Assembly (NCBI GenBank): GCA_051313645.2
Contig: JBNRSN020000001.1
Coordinates: 588,256,001 to 588,320,000 of the forward strand
Source: Centroscyllium fabricii
Taxonomy: Eukaryota
Direction: 5' to 3'
DNA: 64,000 nucleotides
The position numbers and the translations under genes are program-made. Numbering within the stretch: position 1 is the stretch's first letter; each line of letters starts with the position of its first letter. Below the pieces are notes generated by a model, which saw only the letters and a list, made by a program, of their open reading frames with translations, ran no database searches and was not told the DNA's origin. Shown here one piece after another: positions 25,749 to 36,499 of the stretch.

Positions 25749-26489
25749 CAGGTTGAGCACCGTTAATCCGGCACGGGTGGGACCAGGCCCGTGCCGGGGA
25801 AGTGAAAATCCCGAATGATTGAAGCTTCGGCAAGCGCATACGTGGTCCATTCAAAATGGCTGCTGCGAAAGGCCAGCGGCCATTTTGAGTGGTCTGCGCA
25901 TGCGCTTATCATTCAGTGAGGCTGGCTCGGGGAGGCTTGGTAAGGCCCGGCTCGGGACGGCAAAGCAAAGCCCGGCTCGGGAAGCCCCAGCCCGGCTCGG
26001 GAAGGCTCGGGTAAGGCGAAGCGAGGCCCGGCTCGGTACGGCGAAGTGAGGCCCGGCTAGCCCCAGCCTGGCTCGGTAAGGCGAAGCGAGGCCCAGCTCG
26101 CGAAGCCCTAGCCTGGCTCGGGAAGGCGAGGCCCGGCTCGGTAAGGCGAGGCCCGGCTCGGTAAGGCGAGGCCCGGCTCGGTAAGGCGAGGCCCGGCTCG
26201 GTAAGGCGAGGCCCGGCTCTGGAAGCCCCGGCCCGGATCGGTAAGGCGAGGCTCGGGAAGGCCCAGCAGGGGCTCGTTTGGCAGCGCATGCGCAGATCAT
26301 TAAAAACTTTGCAGCGGCCATTGTGAATGATCTGCGCATGCGCGCGCCGTTCGGCGACGCATGCAGATCATTCACTGAAGCATCAATCACGGCGGCCATT
26401 TTGCGCATGCGCAGGGCAGTCGGGGCAATTTGTTCCGGAAGACTGAAGCTGCCGGCTTATCGGGTAACGGATCAACGGTGCACAACCTG
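25749..26489 (+). mobile_element. CAGGTTGAGCACC-family MITE, copy 2, with an internal 20-bp minisatellite (ggcccggctcggtaaggcga)n at about 25920-26265
   Basis: TIR caggttgagcaccgtt / aacggtgcacaacctg, TA flanks, tandem array visible. Confidence 0.9.
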
Positions 26490-26895
26490 TAGCACTCTTG
26501 CATGAGAGTCAGAAGGTTTGGGTTCAAGTCCTACTCCAGAAACTTGAGCACATAACACAGGCTGACACTCCAGTGCAGTGTTGAGGGAGTGCTGTTTTTC
26601 AGATGGGAGATTAAACAGAGGCCCTCTCAAGTGGATGTAAAAGATCTCATGGCACTATTCGAAGTAGGTTTGGAGAGTTCTCCCGGTGCCCTGGCTGAAT
26701 ATTTCCCTCTTAGCCAGCATCACTCAAACAGATTATCTTGTCCTTATTGTTGTCTGTGGGGCTTTGCGGTGTGAAAACTGGTTACTATGTTTTCCTACAT
26801 TACAACAGTGACTACCCTTGAAAAGTACTTCATTGACAGTGAAGCACTTTGGGATGTCCTGAGGTCATGAAAGGAGAAAAATAAATGCAAGCTCT
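26490..26895 (+). mobile_element. DeuSINE-like (SacSINE1-like) tRNA SINE
   Basis: B box gggttcaagtcc, Deu-like core gtggatgtaaaagatctcatggcacta, and an L2-like tail gtgaagcactttgggatgtcctgagg. Confidence 0.65.
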
Positions 26896-27268
26896 TTCAA
26901 GTTCTTGCTAAACAGCATTGCTTATTTTACTTTGCTTTGTAGGTTTGTCCTGTTAACGACAGTCAGAATGCTTTTCTAGAGGTTCATTGCCCAGTACGGA
27001 AAGGTACCAATACCATAAACTCCTGGGAAACCCAAGAGATCATAAAAACTGGCCCTGGCTAGCTTAGGCAGCTTAGAATACACGATGAAGTCAGTCTAAT
27101 CCAAAGTACTCCTAAGGAGGCTAGTGCTTTTGCCCCCAAAACTTTGAAGAGTGATCTTATTCAAGGAATGAAGAACCTTTACCTAGGTTCCTCACACTTG
27201 ATACAACTAAGGAACAGATACCATGTAGCACCAACTAAATGCTGGGACATTTTCACGTGCATGCTTAG

Positions 27269-28124
27269 CAGGTTGAGCACCGTTAATCGGGCAACCGAAA
27301 AGCCGGCAACTTTAGTCGTCCGGCACAAATCGCCGACTGCCCTGCGCATGCGCAAAATGGCTGCTGCGATCGAGGCTTCGGCGAATGATCTGCGCATGCG
27401 CTCGCCGTTCAGCGGCGCATGCGCAAATCATTCGCCTAAGCCTCGATCGCGGTGCCCATTTTGCGCATGTGCAGGGCAGTCGGGGCGAACACAGACAGGA
27501 GAGGACAGGCGAGAGAGAGAGAGCAGCAGAGCCCACTCCAGCCTTTGATCCCGGCACATTCACACTCACCGTCCCGATGGCTTCAGGAGACGCCGACCCC
27601 ATGGAAGGCAGCAGTGACTCGGACTTGGGAGGCAGAGCTCCCCGGCGCCTTGGAGTCGCTGGGATACGAGGAGGAGAAGGAGGAGGCCTTCTCCGACCTG
27701 TCGGATGAGGAGCAGATGCCCCACATCGGTGTGTACCGCGCGCCCTCAACCGCGCTTGAAACGGGGACAGGTCCCGCCTAGCTTGCTTTGATTTTGGGGG
27801 GGGGGGGGCAGGAGGTTTGTGATTGGTGGCATGGCCTGTCAATCCCGTGGCTTTGGTGGGGGGGGGGGGGAAAGAGAGGAGCCTTGTGATTGGTGAAGCA
27901 GCCTGTCAATCCTGCGGCTAGGGTGCCAGGAGGCTTGTGATTGGTGAAGCAGCCTGTCAATCCTGTGGCAAGGAGAGGGAGGCGATTTTGTGATTGCAAT
28001 ATTATGCGCATGCGCGCGGCCATTTTGAATGGTGCGCGTACTGGCCAACTTCATTCTTCCGTTTTTTTCGCAAAACCGGCCCGGGCCTAGTCCCGCCCTT
28101 GCCGTTATAACGGTGCTCAACCTG
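27269..28124 (-). mobile_element. CAGGTTGAGCACC-family MITE, copy 3 (opposite orientation), with gene-like cargo
   Basis: Same TIR and subterminal blocks as copies 2, 4, 5 and 6, but inverted. Confidence 0.85.
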
Positions 28125-28932
28125 TACAAGAAATATCTCTTTCTTCAGCACTTTAGGCTAGCGAATGAACAACATTGTCCAAGTGCCATTAATTTGGGAG
28201 AAAAGGATGCTTCATTTTGATTTGAACTGAACTGCTGTGTGTTCTGTCTGTCGTTGTCATTTACAGCTGAATGCTTTAAGATCGCTGTGATAGACAATGC
28301 GGGCAGCTTAAGAAATAGCAAGAGGAGGTAAAATGAGTATTTTTATAAACAAAGTCAAATATGGCTTTCATGCACAGCAAAACAAACCAGTTCAAAATCA
28401 AGACAAACAATTGACAGCAGAGAGAGATATGTATTCAAGATAAACATTAACTTGCACTTCCATCACATGGGGACAAATTGTAATTCAGATAGAAAGGAAG
28501 ATAATTTGTCAAAAAATGGCTAGTTACTTAGTCAACATCTGTTGAAAGCAACCGATTTCAGCAGGGAGATTCAAAATGTGCACTTCATGTACAGTACTAT
28601 AATATGACTATTATCTTAGCCGTCTTAAAATCTTTTGCATTGTGCATGTTGAAATGTCACATACAATGTGTCTTTAGAGATCACTTTGATGGAAATTCCA
28701 ACCCTTAGGAGCTCATTATTTATATTCCAGAGCTGCAGAGTGAGACATGCACGGGTGTCTGATTGCCGGAACTGCCGTATCATGGGCTCTCTGAAGATTG
28801 CCTGTGCCATTTTAAGTTTAGCCAACAATGACTATTGATACCAAGAATAATTGTTATTTTCATTTCAGTAAAAGGTTGCATTATATCTTACACAATCATA
28901 AATTAAAAACCACTTAAATATTCATTACTCAC

Positions 28933-29005
28933 CCAGTCCTAATAGATCGATGGTGGATTGTGCCACCTTCTGAGGGCTCATTCTGGTGTCCAATTGATCT
29001 TTCTT
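28933..29005 (-). CDS. SMAP1: Internal exon of an ArfGAP SMAP-family gene (SMAP1-like): KKDQLDTRMSPQKVAQSTIDLLGL(D)
   Basis: Acceptor cttgcttttaatggcacag, donor G|gtgagt, 73 nt (phase 0 to 1). From memory, the peptide resembles human SMAP1 KKDQQLEPKKSTSPKKAAEPTVDLLGLD. Neighbouring exons were not found in the window and SMAP2 is not excluded. Confidence 0.55.
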
Positions 29006-29279
29006 CTGTGCCATTAAAAGCAAGTATGAATTAATACAGCTCATTAATATAATCCAATTTCAACAATTCTTTAAGATAAACATTTGTAGTCACTGCAAGA
29101 ATATATTCTCTCATTTTGGTCTCTTTATAGCCACATGTTATCCCCTCTTTTTGCTCTCCAACACATTATGTTCAACACTTTCCTGACTGACTGCACAACA
29201 GTTCTCAAATTCTCCTTGCTCAGTCAGAGGAATGAACCCACAACCTACCATTAAGGTGCAGAGTGCATTGATACAATAA

Positions 29280-29760
29280 ATTTGCATTTGTACAGCACCT
29301 TTAACATAGAAAAAATCTTGTGCTTTAAGAGGAGTAACAATGGGCCCAGGCCCTGATCCCAAAAGGGGATGTTTGCAGAGGTAAGCAAAAGCATGGTAAA
29401 TTGTGGAAGGTCCATCTAATTGACCATGCTTGCGGTCACCTCTGCAAGTAACAGAGCAAGTGAGGTGGGATGGCTTAGGGAGAGTTCCCAAGAGTCAGGT
29501 TACAATAGATGAAAGCTCTACAACCAACTGTGGAACAAAGGAAGGCTTGGATGGACAGGAGACCAGTTAGAGGAATAAAATGGGTATAATGGTTGAAGAG
29601 GTCACAGAGATAAGCTGAGGCGATACCATGGAAGGATGAGTAGATAAGCATAAAGATTTTGAAAATCAAATCAATCTGTTTGGGGATAGGCAGTTAATGT
29701 ATGTTGACGAGGATTGGAGTATTGGGCAAGCATTACATTATTAGTATAGGACAGTATGGG
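29280..29760 (-). mobile_element. Decayed L2 3' fragment
   Basis: IFKIFMLIYSSFHGIASAYLCDL and an L2-type tail. Confidence 0.6.
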
Positions 29761-29799
29761 GTGGTGGAATTTTGGATAAGTTGTAATTTATGGAATAGC

Positions 29800-29925
29800 A
29801 AAATACTGTGGATGCTGGAAATCTGAAATACAGAAAATGCTGGAAATACTCACCAGGCCAGGCAGCATCCGTGGAGAGAGAAACAGTTAACGTTTCAGGT
29901 CTGGGACCCTTCATCAGAACTGGAA
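29800..29925 (-). mobile_element. Penelope-like terminal fragment with a hammerhead-like core
   Basis: Minus strand reads ttCTGATGAagggtcccagacctGAAAcgttaactgtttctctctccacggatgctgcc. Confidence 0.65.
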
Positions 29926-30744
29926 AAAGGTGGCCTTTGGGAAGCCAGTGAGGAGGGTGAGAGAGAAATCAAGTCAAGAGGTATGAACGTATGGATTAGG
30001 GATTTGGCTGTGGTGGGCTTGAGGAAGGGGTGGAGGTGTTGCAGTGGTTGTAGTAGTATAGGTGATGATGGTGGCAGTCAGAACATGAGGTTTGATATAT
30101 TAATACTACAAACTGCTGGGCTGCCACAAGCTCATCACCACTGTGTGGATTGCTAAAGTCAGGCTCAACTCTTATTTTATGTTTTAAACCATAAATTTAG
30201 TGAAAAAAACTGTGACCTTATTTATATGTCAATGATGTCCTTGAAGATCAACAATCAACCTAACTGTTGTTGCAATGCTATGTACAAATATTAATGGAAA
30301 AATAGAAGCACCTATGACCATAAATTAAATCCTTTCAGATCTGAGAAGAATATTTAAAACCCCAGTGAAATTCTTTCATGCACTCTCAATTTTAAAAGGA
30401 AATTTTAAGCCCATTTAAAAAAAGTCAGTAATTCATAAACCAAATCCTGTGCCAAGAATACAGAACCATGCGTTGCTGTGGAAGAACATTCCAGAAAGTA
30501 ACACTGCACAAGGACATCCCATTTTTGGTAATAATCAACAGTGATGTGATGACAGCATGTAGTCTGTTTTGGTTCGTAACTGTACACAGAATATCAATGG
30601 ATAAAACACACAAGGTGGATCGAACAGATTGGTGCAGAGATCATGGAGCAGGAATTCAGGCTCAACCTGCCCAAATTCATAAAACTGCTGGTTTTTTTTA
30701 CTCCCAGTAGTGCAATTTGGCAATACCCATCTTTTGAAGTGCAA

Positions 30745-32130
30745 AATCACCTGTTCAAAAAAAAGGGTCAGAGACATAAACCAGGTAACTACAAGCCTGT
30801 CAGCCGAACTTAGAGATAATAAACTGGGACAAAATTAATTGTTTATTGGAAAAGTTAATCTAGCACAGCCAACGTGAATTTATTAAAGGCAAATTGTGTC
30901 TGACAAACTTCTTTGAGTCCTTCGATCAAAATAACAAAGACGGTTGATGAAGGTAGTGCAGTTATGTTGTGTTTATGGATGTTCAAAAGCTGTTTGATAG
31001 AGTGCCACATAATAGACTTGTTAGTGAGATTGAAGCCCTTGGGATTAAAGAGGCAGTGGCAGCGTGGATATGAAATTGGCCAAGAGACAAAAAGCCGAGA
31101 GTACTGCTGAATGGTTCTTTTTCAGACTTGGAGGGGGGTGTGGGGTGCAAGTATACAGTGAAGTCCCCCCGTGGTCGGGGTATTCGGACCACTGCTCTTT
31201 TTGACATATTAATGACACGGGCTCATTTCAAAGTTAGCGGATGACAATGCTTGGCAATGTAATAAACAGTGAGGAGGATAGTAACATACTTCAGGAGGAC
31301 AGACAGACTGGTGAAATAGGCAGACACGTGACAGATGACATTTAATGCAGAGAAGAGTGAGGTGATGCATTTTGAAAGAAAATCTGAGGAGAGGCAATAT
31401 AAACTAAATGGTACAATTTTAAACATGGTGCAGGAAGAGAGACCCGAGGGGTTTATGTATAATAATCTTTGATGGTGGCAGGACAAGTTGAGAAGGCTGT
31501 TAAACAAGCACACGGAATCCATGGCTTTATAAGTAAAGGCAGAGTACAAAACCCAAGGAAGTTATGCCAAACCTTCAGAAATCACTGGTTAGACCACAGC
31601 TGGAATACTGTAGCCAATTCTGGGCACCACACTTTAGGAAGAATGTCAAGGCCTAGGAGAAGGAGCAGAGGATATTTACCAGAATGGTACCAGAGATGAG
31701 GGAATTGAGCTGTGTGGAGAGATTATAGAAACTGGGATTGTTCTAATTCGAGCAGAGACGGTTAAGGGGAGATTAAAAAGAGAGATAGGTGTTTAAAATT
31801 ATGATGGGTTTTAATAGAGTAAATAGGGAGAAACTGGTTCCACAAGCAGTAGGGTGGGTAATCACAGGATAAAGTTTTAAGATAATTGGCAAAAAAAAAA
31901 TCCAGGGGGAGCAGAGGAGAAATATTTTTACACAGCGAATTATGATCTGAAAGGGTGAGGCAGCAGGTTCAATAGTAACATTCAAAAGGGAATTAGATAT
32001 ACACTTGAAAAGTAGAAATTTGCAGGGATATGGGGGTAGAGCAGCAGGGGGTGATTAATTGGATAGCTCTTTCAGACAGCAGGCACAGACACAATGGGCC
32101 AAATGACCGTTTTCTATGCTGTATGATTTT
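30745..32130 (+). mobile_element. Decayed CR1 LINE
   Basis: Degenerate PLFKKG...PGNYKPVS, SKLADD and QFWAPHFRK motifs plus a CR1-type tail. Confidence 0.8.
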
Positions 32131-32323
32131 GATCACCTGTGAATACTGTGAATTTGTACACAAACACTGATGAGCACTTCAAATACTTCAGCCACCTTTT
32201 GTCAGATTTTAGACTTTTATCTCTGATTTGCTTGTCTCGTCTTTAATTAGTTGGTTAATGTCGCAATGGAAAACAAACTCCGATTGTGGAAGGTCAGGTT
32301 TGAGTTATTAACCAAGGTAATTA

Positions 32324-33456
32324 CAGGTTGTGTACCATTAATTCGGCACGGGCAGGACTAGGCCTGCGCCGGTCTACCGAAAAAGCCGGGAGAATGAAGC
32401 CGGCCAGTGCGCGCACCATTCAAAATGGCCGCGCGCATGCGCACAACATTGAAAATGGCTGCCGGAAGTTTTGATCATCTGCAGTGTAGCTGCAGCCCAA
32501 GTCCATACATCATGGTAAACGGCAGTGGCAGAGATCAGCTGGTCAAGCCAGGCCGTGGATGGGGCCTGGGGGTCACTTTAACAACACGAACGTGTTGGCG
32601 CTCATGTGGTGGCAATGTTCGAAACCCTTTCTTTTTGAAGACAGGACAGGACGATTTAAATCATACGACCTCAAGCCCTGGTTACAAAAAGGGGTCCCGG
32701 AGTGATTATGGACGTGCGGAGGAATTTTAGCAAAAGTAAAAAATCAGAGGAGACATTGATTGGCGAGAACAAGCGGAGGAAAGCCCCCCAAATCCCGACT
32801 GGGTGTGGGCGGCGGTTCGCGTCTCTCCATTGGGTGACTCTCTCCCTGGTCTCTGGGTCATTGAGGGGGGTTTACTGATCTGTGAGTCAGTCGTGTTTAA
32901 CAAACAAAAAAAAAGAATCTTCTTTGTTGATGATCGCTACAGCGAGCGAACAGGAGAAAAAGAGCGTAAAATGCAGAGACAATTTTATGGCCTAACATTC
33001 CTTCAGGGTCAGGCAATTTATCAAATCCCCTGTTCTGGTTTCAATTACGCAGCTATCGAGAAAATAACCTATTTTAGCAGGTTAATTTGCCTCAGTTGGG
33101 AATATAGGGGTTTTGACTTTAATACATCATCTCGCATACAGTCTATCCCTTTCCCAGTGTAAGCCTTTTACAAAGTATTAAAAGTAATTGTATTAAAAGT
33201 ATTGCAGTGTAGCTGCAGCCGCCCAGAAACCGCCGTGCGCGGCAGATCCTTACCGTTCGGCGGCGCACGAATGAGGAGGCAAAGGTCAGTCCAGCCTCCG
33301 GCGGCCGTTTTGAATGATCTGCGCATGCGCTCGCCGGCGCATGCGCAGATCATTCGCGGCGGCCATTTTGCACATATGCAGGACAGTCGGGACAATTTGT
33401 TCCGGAAGACTGAAGCTGCCGGCTTATCGGGTAACGGATTAACGGTGCACAACCTG
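32324..33456 (+). mobile_element. CAGGTTGAGCACC-family MITE, copy 4, with about 720 bp of unique cargo
   Basis: TIR caggttgtgtaccattaat / attaacggtgcacaacctg, TA flanks. The right arm is nearly identical to copy 2. Confidence 0.85.
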
Positions 33457-33964
33457 TAGTAACATAATTCTGCCCCATTTTCACAAATGGAGATAAGAGG
33501 CGACTGAGGATTTTAGCCAATAGTTTTCACCTGAAAATGTTTTACTGATACCAAGCAATTGATGCTAACCAATGAAGAGAAAGGGAAACTGATGAATATA
33601 AATATTAGCCAGATTTAGAAAAACCATGTAATACACATTTAGGAGTCCCCCAGAAAGGGAAAGAAGTCTGGTGAATACAAAAAGTTCTCTTTTCACCTTC
33701 ATTATTTTCTTTGCTCACATGAAAGCAATGACTCCTTCCCAGAGTCAGGTTCCACAGGAAAATGTTGCGCTCTCATACCTCACCCAAGCGGGCCTAATTC
33801 AAGATGAGCAATTATGGTGAATGTAACATGGCTATTCGACAGTAGAATGCATCACAGCCACATCCAAACTGCTGTGACCAGAAGCTGGCACCTGTTCTTC
33901 CAGCAGCCATCACCGAATACTAATCAGGAGCAGGAATGTTGGCTGATTTAACCCTAACCCAGGG

Positions 33965-34540
33965 CAAGCACTGGAGAGGTACCACCAACACTGCCTCTGC
34001 AAGATCCTGCAAATCCATTGGCAGGATAGGTGCACCAACATCAGTGTTCTTGCTCAGGCCAACATCCCCAGCATCGAAGCTTTGACCATGCTCAATCAGC
34101 TCCGATGGATGGGTCACATTGTCCGCATGCCCGATACGAGACTCCTAAAACAAGCGCTCTACTCGGAGCTCCAGCACCGCAGGAGAGCCCCAGGTGGGCA
34201 GAGGAAATGCTTCAAGGACACCCCCGAAACCTCCTTGAAAAAGTGTAACATCCCCACCGACACCTGGGAATCCCTGGCCCAAGACCGCACAAAGTGGAGG
34301 AGAAGCATCCGGGAAGGCGCCGAACACCTCGCGTCTCTTTTCCGGGAGCAAGCGGAAGCCAAGCGCAAACAGCGGAAGGAGCGCACGTCAACCGAAGCAC
34401 CCCACCCACCCGCCCCTTCAACCACCGTCTGCCCCACCTGTGACAGAGACTGTAGGTCCCGCATTGGACTCATCGGTCACCTGCGATCTCATTTTTAATG
34501 TGGAAGCAAGTCATCCTCGATTCAGAGGGACTGCCTAAGA
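33965..34540 (+). mobile_element. RTE-clade LINE 3' fragment
   Basis: QLRWMGHIVRMPDTRLLKQALYSEL...GGQRKCFKD...CPTCDRDCRSRIGLIGHLRSH. Confidence 0.9.
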
Positions 34541-35123
34541 ACAACCACCCAGGGCACTCAGGCCAATTAGAACTATCCTAATGTCACCCAGACTGAGATC
34601 AGCTAACTCGGCACAAACAAGGACGGCCCTGGTTTGTATGAACTCTCACGGAATTCTAAATTTTAATTTTGACATGTAAAAACAATTAATTTTTAGCTCT
34701 GACCAAAATCTATTAAAAAAAATTACTTAAAAGTTGAATCAAAACAGGATCAAAGTATTTATTCCATCACTGTTATTTTGAATGCACAAATTAAAGGAGG
34801 AGCATTAGTGGTGTACCGCAGTAACCATGGCCCGCTTGATTTCTCAAAAGGTTTAAAACTGTGTGTGAAGGCTATTCAACAATTGAAATGAACAAGAATA
34901 AAACCCCACAGGTTTGGGTTCTCCTTTAAAGATGTAATCTGACAAAAATGTTAGCATGTGTTAGATAATTATTCTTTTTCACTGGTAAAATGTGGGTAGT
35001 TGATGTTTTAACAAGAAAAAAAGTGACCAAAATCATATTCTGCAAAAACCGACCCGGAGTCCACCAGAACAAATTTTAGCAAGATCCAGCTGTTGTTACA
35101 CTTCCTTGCTTCACTAAACCTCA

Positions 35124-35936
35124 AGCCCTGAAATCCTGCACCAGCGATTTGCTCAGACTTAATGGGCCGGTTTTTCCGATGGCCCCGGGGCCCAACGCGT
35201 GCGCACGGAGCGGGTACTCACGCGTGCGGCCCTTGGAATTGCAGGTAGATGGCATTTCCCGTGCATACGTGAGATACCTGCAATTCCGAAGGCGGCCGGT
35301 TGGGGGGGGGGGGGCGCGTTCGGGAGCTGAAGCGCGTTGGCCTGCGCACCAGGAGGTGCGCAGTGCACTTCCGATTTTTTCCTGAGTTTTTCATCAGGGT
35401 AAGTATCGGGAAAGTTAAGGCTGAAAATATCAGCCGTAACGACCCCTTTTTAGCCGGTAAGTCTTTATTTTATTGAATTGAAGTTTTTTGGTTTTTTTTA
35501 AACAGGTATTTACTTTTTTTTAAACTTTAAAGACAGGTAACTATTTCATTAGGGCAGTTAATATTTTTTCAAATTTTTTATTTTTTGTTAATAGGTAATT
35601 TATACTAATTATAGGAATGTTAAAAAATGTGGTGTTTTTATTAAATGTATTTCACTGTTTACTGTGTTTTTGGGGCTCTTCCATTTCATAACTTTGACAG
35701 ATCTCTCTGTCAAAGTTATGAATGGAGGATTATTTCCAGTGATTGGCTCCCCGCGGACCGCGTGGAGCTTCCCCATTAACTCCGACACCGAGTTGCCTCA
35801 GCGCAGCGCGTGGGGCCTGGAGCAGTACCTGGAATCGGGATTTCAAATCCCAGAAGAGGACAATGGCAGGTGCGCTCCGTAAGTGTGGGTTGGAGGCTTG
35901 CACTCGCAGGAAGCCTCCAACCCGAATTTCTGGGCC
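35124..35936. mobile_element. Probable Harbinger-type MITE with internal hairpins
   Basis: Imperfect TIR agccctgaaat / atttctgggcc. Perfect stems cataactttgacaga/tctgtcaaagttatg and gggttggaggctt/aagcctccaaccc. Confidence 0.5.
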
Positions 35937-36499
35937 AATATACAAACAGCTTCAAGCTCCGAGTTTGTTAATGGGCCAGGCACTGAAGATGTGTATTAAA
36001 GCAAGACGAGCCAGTTTATGAAATGCTGTAGCTCACAGCTGACTTCAAATGGAGACAGAGAGAATCAATTCATTCACCCCAGACTTTCCCTATTCATGTT
36101 GGGAATAGCAGAAGATGGTCAGGTACATGGTTTTACTGATAGACCTACTCACGAATCATTGAATGGAGAAGTTAGAGGGATGGCCTTCCCACTTGTTGGG
36201 GAAAATAGGGGGGAAAAAAGACACTTCTTTAAAGAGGATACTTCCAGGTGCAGGCCTGTGCCTGAAACTGAAAGCCAAGATCCAGGAGGTCAGGTTTTGC
36301 CACTAGAATTTGTCTAGAAAGGGGAAAGCAAAAACAAAGTCAGCCCACGAAAGGAGATAAATGAAAACTAAGCAGTTGGTGCCATTTATTTCCAACTGTT
36401 ACTCTGTTCATTTCCTGTCTGCACTGGAGAAGCACATGTGAGGGCATATGCAAAAGATGGGATATCCAGTTCAGATCATGGGGGGCTGGCCTTAAGAAC

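Noticed and set aside
25920-26265. Regular short repeats that could be mistaken for a CRISPR array
   Set aside because: Head-to-tail minisatellite without unique spacers, in a eukaryotic context with no cas genes. The same applies to 9980-10130 and 41100-41435.
25851-26408. Long ORFs across MITE interiors and antisense to Gypsy (e.g. 25851-26408, 41007-41502, 52865-53789)
   Set aside because: By-products of GC-rich tandem repeats or antisense shadows of TE ORFs.
30667-30750. 84-nt minus-strand exon candidate (VILHFKRWVLPN...)
   Set aside because: The apparent acceptor is the antisense of a CR1 PLFKKG segment, and the peptide is not recognisable.
36153-36313. Minus-strand segment with a strong acceptor and gtgagt donor
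   Set aside because: Stops in all three frames. It could only be a non-coding or poison exon, and nothing supports that.
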